A DNA stretch of 64,000 nucleotides from Microbotryum violaceum. Lineage: Eukaryota. Position 1 is the first letter of the stretch. The number at the start of each line of letters is the position of its first letter. Positions 25,043-40,410 of this stretch are shown here, piece by piece. The notes beneath the pieces were generated by a model. That model searched no databases, had not been told where the DNA came from, and worked only from the letters and a program-made list of their open reading frames with translations. The stretch spans positions 124,001 to 188,000 of the forward strand of contig CDLV01000005.1 of assembly GCA_001244265.2 (NCBI GenBank), read 5' to 3'. Made by a program: the position numbers and the translations under genes.

Positions 25043-26890
25043 TTACCACTCTAGCTCACTCCGAAGAGCCTGACATTCATTCTCCTTGTCCTCAAGCATG
25101 TCCAACAAACCCCTCCGAATCTGCTCAAGTACCTCAACCCTATTGGTCAAATTTTCGCACCGTCGTTCCGTCGCTTCCAGTCGCCTCAATTTGCCTCGCA
25201 ATCGCACGATCTCATCATTTTGTTCATCGATTATCATCTGATGACTCTCGACGAGCGCTTTCGTGGCCGCCGTTTCGCCGCGATAGCTATCGAGCATGCG
25301 CGTGAGGTGAGTCGTGAGACCTTCAGGGGTTAACGGCACGAGGCGGTGGGTCGGTCGTTCAGGTACGGGTGTGTACTTGGCCATGAGGTAGTCGAGCGAG
25401 GTGCATTTGTTTCTTGGATGAACAGGTATGAGGTTCGCCTTGGGAGGGGCGTGCGGGCTCGTTCTTGGGCCCAGAGGTGTGCGAGGCTCGACTGATGGTC
25501 TCTGGACCTTGTCTTTGGCGGCCTCACTCGAGAGTGCGCGAAGAGGCCCCGACGGGGACGACACTAGATCGAGAAGGTCGGTCCCGAACTTGCGAGCAGA
25601 AGAAGAATAGGGATCTGCATGCACTTGGCTCCTCTTTCGACGTTCCGCGAATGGTGCAATATCATTTGCTTCCGAGCCGAACGCCTTAGGGGCCGGCTTC
25701 GGTGATCCCCATGGGGCCGAGGGTAGAGGTTCTTGCGAGCTGCCCCATGGTCCAGAGGTCTTCACGGTCAAATCCTGCATTACCAAATTTCATAAGCTAG
25801 AATATCATGTCTACTCACCGGTCGTCGGTCTCTTCTGCAGCATACTCGGGGACGGCGGCTTCGAGCTCGTCCTTTTCGTCGTCGCTAAAGGCGAGGTCAG
25901 CCTCAAGGTTGCCACTGGCTTCGAGTTCCTCAAGGATCCTGGAGAGATCTTCTGACGTCTCCCGTTCCCCGAAATCGGTCTGATATTCATCGTAGCGATC
26001 AACCTCCTCGGGATCCGATGACTGCGTGCCGAAGTCGGAACCCCTTCCGTGCATCGACTGAAAGCGAGGCTGAATGCTCGACTGACCCAGCCGAATATGC
26101 CGAGCAAGCTGACTGGGCAGCTCAATCGATGACGACAATTCGGTGTCGAAAGTTTGATCATTCGAATCGTGATCTTTAGAGAGTATACACGGTCGCGTGT
26201 GATCCTGCGAAGATTGTGAGTCTGGTATGACGATCTCGCCAAATTCGTCGTACTCGGGCAGCAGGATCAGCGTTGGTGGGGGTGGAAGAGTCGATGGACA
26301 GGTGGTAGGCTCAGCCGTGCCGGTGTACGACTTGCACTCAGTTATATCGGTTTCCTCACGAATGGTTTGGATCTTGATTCGTTTGCGTGGTGAATGTGGT
26401 GCACAGGAGGCTTGCTCGGTACTTCTTTCTTCTGAGGTAGGCTCGGGTGGCGGTCGATAGCGGAACTTCTCGAGAGCGGGTGAGACGGGCAGGTTTCGTG
26501 CGAGTGGTGGGATGGAAGTCGAAGGACCAGCCGGGATGGATGTGATTGAGGTATGAAGTGATTCATTTTGGGCCTTGGGCGGCAGGATCGTGTTGGGCTG
26601 AAAGTTCTTGGTCCGACCAGGCTGAGCCAGCGATGACTTGGTGACTTGCATAGGCCGGATTAGAGCCGGATCCGAGTTTGGATCTCGATCGGTCTGTGAT
26701 TTTCTGGTGCTCGAAGGTTGTAAGGGCTGCACTAAGCGAAGCGACTGAGGTAATGAAGTGGCGCACTTGTTATTGGACTCCGCTGTTTTCGGTGCGAGTC
26801 CCGGATGCTCATGCGACGATGACGATGACGACGACTTGGATGGGAACGAAAGTGCATGACCCATGCGTGAAGAACGTTCGACTGCCACCG
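25043..26890 (-). CDS. Hypothetical protein: disordered S/P-rich N-terminus, acidic stretch, C-terminal coiled coil
   Basis: Two long ORFs (25815-26888, 25043-25786) separated by a short GT-AG intron-like gap; start uncertain. Confidence 0.55.
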
Positions 26891-27482
26891 CTTAAGGCGC
26901 GTGGTGAGAGCCCATGAGAGAGCAGTGGACCTGGTGATGGCACTTGGGGGGGTTCTGAAATGGTCGCGATTCCGCTCCGAGGAAGTGATCGAAAGGAGCG
27001 AGAAGCTCCTGAGTCACGCGCAACGATGAGGCGAAGTTAAAAAGGAGAGCCGTCGCACAGACTCGGAGTCGGCCACGGATATGGCAGCCAGAGTGGAACT
27101 GCCAGCCACCAAAAAAAAAGGGGGGGCAAAACTGTGAACACTGCAGCCATGTCTCGATCTTTGAGACAGCAGGATCTCAACTCGGCCTGATTTCCCAAAT
27201 AAACTCAACTCAGCGGCATGATCTCCGGTCTGGACCCAGCCGGTGCGACCGACCGCCCACAGGAGAGAGCGGGACTGAGCGGGAACTGAGCGGGAACTGA
27301 GCGGGAACGCGCTGCGGTTGCCCCCTGGAACGTCATCGCGCGCACCGCCGGCTCTGTCTAACCACCACCAGCAACCCTCTGATGACGTGAACGGGGACAC
27401 AAGGGACTTGGCCTATTCGATCACTAGCCTCTGGGCCCGCTCCTCACCTGTAGTTGTGTTTGTCCGTGTGGATACACACGCC

Positions 27483-30400
27483 ATGGCCGCCGCGGGGTTA
27501 CCCACCGCAACAACAGCAACACCCGCTCCTCCTCGGCTGGTCGCGACTCGCTCCGACCTCGGTAATCGCGTCGCGCCCCAGCTGTCGTCCGAGTATGACA
27601 GGCGCCCTTCGCGATCCAGCAAGCCTTCGATCGGCGGTCAGAGTGTGGCTGCCTTACTCCGGTGAGTATCGCACTCCCCGCTGTGTGGTGTGCTCGACTA
27701 AACCAAGCTCGAGTCTGGCTGGTTCGCAGCGAGGCCAAGGCGTTGACGCTCGACTTGCGCACCGCCATCAAACGCAAAGACCCGTGGGATCGCGAGGTCG
27801 AGTTCCAGAGAGAGAGGTGCATTTCATTCCGTGCTCCGACGCGTCTCCCGGGGGCCATCAGGGCAGCTCGACTTGGAGCTGACATTCCAGTTCCTGACTC
27901 ATGCCCTGCTTGCCGCACCGCGCGCAGTGTTCGTAAAGCCTATTCGCGTGTCCTCTTCTCCAGCACGGTAGGAACGTCCTCGTCGATTGCTCTCTTGGCC
28001 GCGTCGTCATCGAACCCAGTCTCTGGACCGTCCAATGCCCTCGGCTCGACGACCTCGCTCGTTTCGCCCTCGGCCAGTCATTCGACTCGGTTACTCGAAG
28101 CTCTTAACTCGTTATGGCTCGAGACATCCCATTCCATCATCAAAGCCTATCGATCACGCATCTCGGCCATGGACAAGACCCTCGCCGAAGCGCCTCAGGC
28201 CCATCGCAAAGGCGGAGGAGGAGCAGCGCGTGGCGAACCCCCACCGCCGGGGCCGACCGCTCGTAGAAAGCTCGTCCATTCGTTTAGAACCTTCCTTGCC
28301 AAGGAGGAAGAGTACTTTACCACATTATTGGGTCGACTTGCCAGTGATCTCAGCCCGAATGATCTCGAAGGGTTCAACGCCCTCGGCGTTGTTGTCGAGC
28401 CGGTAGAGGTCGTGGAGGGCCTCCCCCCGACATCGGAAGAGGACAAGCGCCGAGCCAGATCAAAGGCCGTGCCACTCGTTCACAAGGCCCTCATCTGCTT
28501 CGGGGATTTAGCGCGGTACCGCGAGCTCTTCAACGAGCATTCGGGTCCGCAGGCCAAGGAGCGGGGCGGCCGGAGAGGTAACAAGAGTAAGGTTACCTCG
28601 GCCGGAGGTTCTGAGCGCAACAAGCCAAAGAACTATTCCCGTGCTTCAGCGTGTTACACCCAAGCAAGGCTACTGATACCAGAGAACGGTGAGTGCTTCG
28701 TTTGGCCATGGATTGAAACAATTCTAGTCCAATCAGCTGAACGATCTATCTCTTCCGACTTGCGCAGGCAATCCATCTAACCAACTCGCCGTAATATCCG
28801 GGTATACGCACGATACCCTTTCTTCCACCTACCACTATTTTCGCGCGCTCTCGGTGCGTATACCCTTCCCGACGGCGCGGATCAACCTCGAGTTGGCATT
28901 CAACAAGGCGGTCACACGATGGTTCGAACGGCCGAGTGGGAGGCGCGAGCCCACACCTGACTTTGTCACTGCTTTCATCGCGCTCCACGGTTTGCTCTTC
29001 ACCAAAACGAGGTGGGTCGAGCGATCTGGTAGAGCACAGCCGAGAACAAGGAGGCTGACTGCAAGGGGAGTGTCCGCCCGTAGACTATCGGACATCGCAC
29101 CACTCTCTTCAAAAGTCGAGAGTTCCTTCCAACAAGCCATCACATCGCTGGAGCTATCACCAGACACCATCATCAAAATCGTGGTGACCGGTTTATGCTC
29201 CTTGTGGGATGCGCGGGTACATCGATCGAGCAGCAACCCTCGGAAAACACCGTCGAAACGATCGGCCGAGGCTGGCTCGAACGCAAATTCTGCACCTTCC
29301 GTCAACATCAATCTCGAACCGCACATCCTCCTGCATGTCCTGTCCATGTATACAATTCTACTTCGGATTTGCACCAACGAGACGGCGGAAGCCTACCTCG
29401 CGGACACGACCAAGCAAGCACCCAAACCTGGCTTGAACCTTGCCCAGAACATCAGTGCCGTCGTCCGTCGGGCCCTCCCGGTCCTTCGTGTGCTTTCCAA
29501 ATGGTTGTCAGGCCAGCTTGACTATATTCATCGAGTTGAATCCCGCCTACGAGCGAAGGAGGTCAAGATCAATCGAGCCAAAGCCGCTGACAGCGCTACT
29601 CAGGCGTCCCAGGCCGACACGACCCAACGCAGCAGCTCGGTCAGCGATGGGCAACATGTCGAATCAAGCCAGGACCAGTCGATGGAAACGGACCATGTGA
29701 ATTCGAGGTCGCTCGAAGACGCCTTGACGGCGTTCTGGACCTCGTACGCCGATTTCGCGAACTCGTTCAAATTGGTGTTCCCTACCGAAGGCCTGCCTAG
29801 TCCAGCAGATGGTGGACTATGGTTGGAAGAGGATGTCGATCTACTCGGCTTTGCTCCGCTACGCAGCAGCATGAAGGACGTCAAAGGGACGGATCTGGCT
29901 GTTGAGGCGTCCAAAGTGGGGAAGGAGGTGCATCCCAACGAGGAGCACCTAATGCGCATTGCCGAGTTGCAGAGCGATGCGGCGCTGATCGTCGAATCCG
30001 AGGTAAGCTTAACTGATCGTTCGCACTCTTCTCTGCGCATAATACTGATGTTTTCGACCACACTTTCAAGATCTGCCCGGTGATCGTTGAATTGGGCGCT
30101 TACGTTCTGGCCCCGCCTAAGTCCTCCGCCGCCACGACGATAGAGGATGAAGTAGAGGAAGAGGACGAAGAGGACGAAGCCGCCCCCATACCTGCCTCGT
30201 CGCCAACGAAGGCATTGTCCAGAGGGGTGGATTCGCTTGATCTGTTCGAACAAGCGGATGAAGGATCCGAGCCGACCGAAGATGATCCCGTCGATTTGGC
30301 GATGAGGATCGCCGCTGCGGATCGACTGGAGATGCAGGACATCACGGACGAGGAAGACGATGACGAAGATGACGATGACGGGCACATCGTCTATCGCTCA

Positions 30401-31150
30401 AGACTGAACCTGGGCAACATCGGGACGGCGACACGAACACCCCCATCGGTGGGTATCTCACCTCGAATGGGCACGCCTGTTCCCAATTCCGCCGCGTCGT
30501 CAAAGCGAAATTCGATGGATCTGAGATCGCTCTGGGCTCGTCCACCGGGCGATTCTCCTGTTCCGGCAGCGCACCACGCTCTCCCACCACCACACCAAAG
30601 TTCACGGAGTTCGTTCGAAGCGTTGCCCAACATGACTCATCAAGGTGCCTCCTACGCACCTACGCAGTCACCTGTCGGAGGCGGATCGACCTCTTCGATC
30701 TGGGCTCCGACTTTGAATGAAAGTGGGCACTCTTCGCCTTCTTTGCTTCAGCGGCAAGGATCATTCGCCGCCCCTTCTCCTCTCGGTGCGCCTCCGGGAT
30801 TGGCTCAACCTCCGTCCGCGGCGCCGATAGGCTTGTTCGGCCCTGCTTCGCCTTTCCCGCCTCCTGGTGGCGTTCCCGTCGTCCCGAGGCACTCGAACTA
30901 CCATCCAGCCTCAAGCACTCCATACGATTCAGGCTCTTTCAATCCCTTACCCTATCATGCTCCACCCCTATTCCCTTACTCGAATACGACCTTCGGACCC
31001 GTCCCGACTGGGTCTCAATCAGACCTGTCGCCCTCGGCCTTCCCATTCATCAGCGGTGGCTTTGGTCTCCCACCTCCGAGTCAGGTTGGTTCTGGTAGTA
31101 GTGGCTGGCCCGATCACAGCGGTGCCTACTCTGGGAGCTTTGGATCTTGA
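27483..31150 (+). CDS. Est1/SMG6-SMG7/Ebs1-family protein (NMD or telomerase regulator)
   Basis: HKALICFGDLARYRE, ACYTQARLLIPENG|NPSNQLAVI, YHYFRALSVRIPFPTARINL, LEEDVDLLGFAPL; low-complexity C-terminus with no visible PIN domain. Confidence 0.85.
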
Positions 31151-31420
31151 GGATTGCCATTTCGCTTACAGGGCGAATCGTTTGCGAGACGCATTCTCCC
31201 CTGTTCGTTATTCTATGTTGTTCTTGGTTCTGCAAATAAATAAAAATGCAGAAGCGCTACCACATAAGAAGCCCGCAAAACGAAAAGAGACTCAAGGACA
31301 CATATTTGCATGTGAGGCGGGTTCGAAGTCCTGTGACGGAGCTCAACCGGAATTGGGGTATGATGGGCTACATTGTTAATACAGATAAGGAAGGGGCTAC
31401 TTCGAGAGCACCACATACTT

Positions 31421-34140
31421 CTAGTCAAAGAACTCAAAGTCCAGACTCGCCGGATCGACATTCTCATCCGCGCGATGCACGATCCTCGCCCACTCCAACG
31501 TCAACCGGAACATGTACGCCGCCATATCTTGTTTCCTCCAATGGTCCCTCGCCCATTCCTTTCCTTGCAAGCCTATCTTCTTCCCCAACTCATCGTGCGC
31601 TCCGGTTCCATCTGGAGCACCGCGAAAGAAGGTGAGAGCGTCGTAGAGGTCCGAGTAGTCGACCTTGATGGGAACATAGTGAACCCAGGGTTGGATACGG
31701 TCGCCGTACCATTCCGGAAAGAGAGTCGATTTGAAGACGCACGCTTTCATCGACATGAGGCGGTGAAAACGACCGGACCACTGTGTGAATGAGAAATCCG
31801 ATATAGCTCAGTGTGTGTAGGTGAGTGGGAATTTTGGTGATCTAAAAAACTCACGCCGTTGCCATCGACGTCGAACACGTATTTGTACTTGTACGAATCC
31901 GTCAAGCCCATCGTCGGCCTGAATTCGATCTCCTCCTTCATGATCGCACACGTCTCGTCGTCGCATTGCACCGGACCACCAGAGAACGACACGTCGCATT
32001 GCGCCTTGTTGAGGTTATGCATCTGCATCATCTCCTCCTTGATCGGTCCTTCCTCCTCGGATATCAAGACGTTCTTTTGGCCCTTGAGATCGTTCGTCAA
32101 AAAGTGCAAACGCGCGCGCTGAGAACTTCTCCAGTCATACCCGACGGCGAACTCGGCACCCGTCGTCGACCCGCGCCACATGAGTTTGTTGTACTCTTTT
32201 TTCTCCCAGTCCGGGTCGTAACCGATGTAAGTATCCGAGTACTACTCGAGAGGTGTGACGAGGATATCAGAGTGGATATTGGTTTTGGCGAAGGTGAAGA
32301 GAGGGACAAGTGGTCCTGGGTTGGTGCCGATCGCGGTCGTGAAACCATGCAAGGGCATAATCTCAGGATGTTGGCAGATGTCGAGCGCGGAGGAGTAGTC
32401 GTAGATGTACGACCTCTTCTGTGAAAATTCAGTCGCGTACGCCTTTCGAAGCTTGGCCTGGATGGAGGCCTTGTCGGCCGGCTGACCAGCAGCTTCGAGG
32501 ACCTCGGTCTCGATCTTGCGCAGCGGCAAATCGGGGGGACACCCGTTTGCCCAGTTGGTGAGCGGCAGATCGCTCTCGGCGATGAACTCGGAGGGTCCAA
32601 AGTCTGTATCATCATGGAGCTTCATCAGTCCGTGCAGTTTTACTATACCTGAGAGACAATGACCCACGTTCGCCTTCACCGGCCAACTCAAGCATTCGTT
32701 CCTTATGGAACCAGCCCAACTGGCAAGCGGGTTGGTCATGTCGCGTGAAAGTCAGGTTCACGTTCGGCACATGCTTCGACACCCTTGCGATCAATTCCCT
32801 AAAATCCTTGGCTCGTTTCAGTTGTGCTTGTTCGCCCAACTCGAACACCTCGCCGTCTTTGACTTGGATCGTAAAAGTTTCTTCTCGCTCTTGCATGACA
32901 AGCACGCGGTGCTTTAGGTCATGCGGCTCCCTGCACAACGAAAACATATCCCCTTGAGTATGTCTACGTCCGCCTTTGACTAGATATCACCCCTGATCAC
33001 TCACAGTGCCCAGAACGGTTGTAAATCCTTGAAGATCTGATCGTATTCGTCGGTGAGGACGATCCGATTCGCCTTGGCATAAGCCCACCATTCGTCGAAC
33101 CCTTTGGGTGGATTCCTCCGGTACCTCTTCCGATACTCGTACACGGCCTCCCTCAACGTCTTGCTCTGCCTTTGCACTCTGTTATTCCACTCGTGCTCGG
33201 CGCGTTGGATAAGTGTCAGGATCGGATGGGGTGCTGGAGGTGCCTTGCCAAAAGTCGAAACAGGTTCGACGATGAGATGCCCGTTCGAATTGAATTCGTG
33301 AGGTGTAGTCACCGTCCAGGTCGAGTCATCGTCCTCTGGCCCAGGACTGAGATGAGGCGTGTATACAAGATCCTTCGAACCGTCGTCCGCTCGATTGGCC
33401 CAGGTTTCGATAAAGTCATGGTTGCGATCGGGCAGAGCGTCGGGGAGGACACTCCAGCATGGGTCAAGACGTTATGCGCCGCCGATCGATGCTTGGCCGG
33501 TAACAGTAGCAATGTTAAAATTGAAACGAGCATCAAGGTGATCAAGAACCTCGGTCGACAACAAAGGACCCTCCCTCGGCCCATACGAGCGATATGACGA
33601 ACCCTCCTCCCCGGGGATCCGAGCAGCGGCGTATCGGGTGCGACCACGAGGAGCGAGACGGTCTCGTAGGGGTCCTCACCGGGTCGGATCCCGTTCATGG
33701 GCGCTATCCCTGCATTATAAACGTCTACGCCGACGCCGGGTTTCCTCCTTGCGTTCAATTCGATGTGTGGATCTTCTCTCGGTGTCGCCCACGGAGACGA
33801 GATAGACGTCGACCTTCCATGCGGGCCTGCATTTCGCCCGAGGGGTCCCTTCCAAAGGAATGTGAGGCGAGAAGGTGCTACCTGAAGCGATAGTAGCAGA
33901 CGAGGATGACAGTGGTTGTCGTGCTCCGCCTCCTAAACCAGAGGTTGAGCCATGCGAGCCTCCATGTTGCTGTCCCGCTGCTGCCGCCGCCGAGATCCAA
34001 CGACTTGGGATCGAAGTCGACGGCGTCAGGGGGGCTTGGGGGCGAAACGAAGCCAGCTCGATAAGGATGACCGGCGACGGAGCCGGAGAAAGGGGTACGC
34101 CTTGAGCAGGAAGGAGTGAAAGCTATGGTCGTCGTCAAGA
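31421..34140 (-). CDS. Glycosyltransferase family 90 (CAP10/Cxt1-like), paralogue A; start approximate, apparent frameshift ~33446
   Basis: HPILTLI..AE.EW...QSKTL.EAV.EY..RY.RNPPKGFDEWW, MWRGSTTG, YKYVFDVDGNG, WSGRFHRLM, FKSTLFPEWY, PWVHYVPIKVDYSDL; N-terminal TM segment. Confidence 0.88.
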
Positions 34141-34834
34141 CGCAGCACTGCGGAGAGTGTGGGAACAGAGCAGGGAGTGATCCGTGGATATTCAGGAAAG
34201 GCTGGCGGGCTGGCGCGGGCGGGCCGAAGCGCCTCTCGCTCCCGCCTGTCTCAGATTGGCTTCGTTTGGGGTCTCGGGAACGAGATTGGACTCCGAACCC
34301 GCGTCCTGCGCGAGCGCGCCGACGTCATCATGATGAGTCTTGCCGAAAGCTGCCTACTTCAGTTAAACCGGTCTCCGGCAACCTGATCATAGGATTGCCC
34401 AACAGTTGACACACGTAGCTCAACAAAGTCTTCACAAGTCCGTTCCTAGCGATCCCTGTACAAGTTGATCAACACTCCTAAGTTTTAGGAGAGCTACCGG
34501 CGCGGGCAAGTTCGGCGGAGCTCACTCCCCACCGTGACTTCGACAGGGTGCTCGGCCCATGCAAGCAGCTACGTCACATAGCGACAGGGGCAAGAGGCCA
34601 CTTGGAGAGGTTCTCTATTGGTGATATTTCTGCTTGACCTTAAACAAGACATTCGAGAGAGACGAAGTAACAGACAAGCAACTACAAAAAATAAATCAAG
34701 CGGAAAGTAAGCGAGGAAAATCCTAGAACGTCCATCATAACACTTTAAGGAGTAGTCCGAGCGACCTAGGCAACAACAGCGCATGTTGGCTACAGGATCC
34801 CCAGGCTGCGGAATTATACAGTTTGCGCAGGGCT

Positions 34835-37299
<2,465 letters not shown>

Positions 37300-38101
37300 G
37301 GCGAGAGGTGATGCGGAAACAAGAACAAGAGGGCTGTCGGCGACAAGTTGGACGAAGCAAGAGAGGGGGGGAGGCCCAGGAGAGCCCCCGCCCTGCGAAA
37401 CACGTAGCCCAGCCCCAGCAGGCCCCTGCTCGCCCCGGCCGGCGTGTTGGGCCAGACCACCCGCCTCGATCGGCCCAAACTCAGACTCTCCGAGCGGAAG
37501 CCGGAATATGGCCGGCCACCTGGATAGTAATGCTATCACTACCGTCTGAACTTTGAAATTCGTCACTGTTCATTCATCAAGGCCTTCTTGACGTGGCATG
37601 GCTTGCACCCGGCCAATACATTCCAGAGCTTTTCCAGTTCGGCTAGCAGGTTTCACCCTGCCGGATTCGGACACGGGGCCGCTGGGCCGCGGCGGCCTCG
37701 ACGTGGGCCGAGCCAGGTGAGACATGCTGTCATCTTCCCCGTGCTGCCTGAGCAGTGAGCACAGCGGGTAGGTCCTGTGTTTTCTCACTCGCTACTTTGG
37801 TGAGACTAAAATGAAACTTTCACTGACTGAAGCGCGTAAGCTAGCTTCTTCCCCTTTCTGATCGGTGCATCCCGCAAGTGACCCCTAGAACGCGCCGAAA
37901 GGTGTAAAGAGCGGGACCGTCGAACGCCGCCGGAGACGATTATGTAGCTTGGTTTTCAGCATTTCGTTTGTCTCGGACTGCCCGAACAGGCACAAGAAGG
38001 AAGCAGCTCTACGACCAAGATAAGGGAAAATGGCCCGGATGATTGGTCCCAGACCTTTTCGGCACCCGATCTCAAATATCTACCTCACAACGTCCCTCCG
38101 T

Positions 38102-40009
38102 TTAGTTTCCGGGGTTCTTGGCGACTGCAAGAGCATACGAGAAAGCGCACGAGGTTAGTACACGATAGGCTCATGAATTTTGGACAATCTTGTCAACCAC
38201 GTACCAAAGTCCACACCGGCCTTGATGTTCTTGGCCAAGTCGGGGAGGCACGCCTTGAGCAACTCCTCCTCGGAAGGGTGGAGCTTACCGACGGGATGGA
38301 TCTCACCGACGATACCCTCGGACTGGATGGGACAAACGAGTCATGATCAGTCTTCATTTCTCGAACTTGACCACCGGCTTCGTTAGAAACACTTACGTTA
38401 AGGGTGACGGGCGACGAGAAGAAGTCAACGCCGTCCTTGGCGTAGAGGGGCGATTCCACGTAGGTGCAGAGCGTGACGTTCTTCTCGCCATCGATGGCAC
38501 GGAGGATAGCATCCGTAAACTCGGCTCCGGCTGATTACAAAATCACCCCGTCAAATATGGATGTGGTCAGGTCCTGTTCAAGCAGAAGCGCGCGGCCGTT
38601 CGCGCGCGGACAGGACTGACCGTAAGCCATGGAGAGAGTGGCGGATCCGGCACCGTCCTTGGCCTTGACGACCTCGTCACCGCCGAACTGGGTGCGCTTG
38701 ACAAGAGCAGCGAGCTCCTCGCCGCCCTTCTCGACGATCTTCTTGCCCTCAGGGGTTTGCGAGAAGAGGGGCACGATAGTTACGCCGGAGTGACCACCGA
38801 CGACGGGGATATTGGTGTCCTTGGGATGTGTGCCGGCAATGCCAGAGACGAAGGCCGAGGCACGAACAATGTCGAGAGTGGTGACACCGAAGAGACTGCG
38901 GGCGTTGGGACATGATCACGCAGGATGAGCATCTGCTTCTCCCTTCTCCCTTCGTGCACATTCGCGGTGCCGTGCTTCGCTCGGCTTCGAGAAAACTTAC
39001 CGCTTGGGGTCGTAGACGCCGGCCTTCTTGAAGACCTCGGCGACGATGGGAACGGTCGAGTTGACGGGGTTGGCGATGATGCCGATGCGGGCCTTGGGTG
39101 CGACCTTGGCGGCGGCGATGGCGAGGTCACGGACGATCGAGGCGTTGGTGTTGAACAGATCGTCACGGGTCACTTTGGGGGGGACCGAGCGACGAATGAG
39201 TTCATGCTCCGTACTTTGACTTGCAAAAAATCCCCTAGACTACTCACTTCCGGGCTTGCGGGGCATACCGGCGGGGATAATGATGACCTCGGCACCGGTG
39301 AGGGCCTTCTCGAGGCCGTTGTTCTCGGCAGCGTAGCCAGCGACCTGTCAACATGCAACGTCAGCACTGGGCGTTCTCATCTGATGGTGTCGATGATGTG
39401 GTGTAGTCGTCGGTCGCTCGATCGTTTGTGGCCTTGCAAAAAGCATGCTTCTGTCCCGTGCTACCCAAGATGACGCATGCAAGATGCCTAAGTTGATCCA
39501 GAGTGATGCCACGCCGTAGAGGGGCTTTGAAGCACCTCTCGAGTGCGAGCATGCCTTTGGGAGCGTTCGCACTCGGTCGGCACTCGGCACTCGGGTTGCT
39601 CCGTCCCAGATCGATGGCGGGCGAAAACAGAATAGCCACGGCGCTCATCGCTGCTCCTCCCGACTCGGCGCCGACTTTGCGACAACGGACAAACTGATTT
39701 CAATGGTGTATCACTCACGGGCGAAGGGGTGTTGACGTGCGACAGGTCAGCGGCGACACCGGGGCAGCCTCGGATGTCGTACAACGACAGCTCCGTCACA
39801 CGCGGGTTCAGCTTCAACAGCAGCGACAACGGTTGGCCGATACCACCTGCGCGATTCGGGCAAGAAGTGAGCACATGTGGTCACTGCTAGTGAGTGTTGT
39901 TAGGTCAATACTGACCAGCAGCACCGAGAACGGCGACCTTGGTAGCGGCAGAGCGCGAGGTCGAGAAGGCACGACGGCCGAGAGCGCGGGTAGCGATGGG
40001 GGAGATCAT
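38102..40009 (-). CDS. MDH1: Mitochondrial NAD-dependent malate dehydrogenase
   Basis: Presequence [99 protein letters not shown]. Confidence 0.95.
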
Positions 40010-40410
40010 GATGACTGGAGGGGCACCAAGGTAAACCATCAGTATTACATACGTTGCCGTAACGAGGACGGTACCCACTTTTTGGGGGGGAAGGTGTGTT
40101 TACGGCGGGAAGGAGAGCGATGACGGAATTGGCAGCGGCGCGGGCGGCGCAGTGCATTTGTCCGAGTTCTTCCGGCGGTAATAGTGCGGTAATGCTCGCT
40201 TGCAAGGGCAGGGAAATCCGAAATGGAGCAAGATTCCTCTCGACTTTATGGCATCCACGCCGCTTGGGGCAGTGCATTGACGAAGAGAAGAGGTGCTACA
40301 ATGCACAAATGTATAGTATACAAGATGGGCACTAAGAACTCGCCGAACACTCTAGCATCGACGCGGCAAGAGTTTTCGCCGCCGCTGCCCAGCGCCGACT
40401 TGGGGACCCT

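Noticed and set aside
37930-38205. Cryptic peroxisomal (PTS1) isoform of MDH via an alternative 3' splice site
   Set aside because: The downstream acceptor would give ...ENQAT*, which is not an SKL-like terminus.
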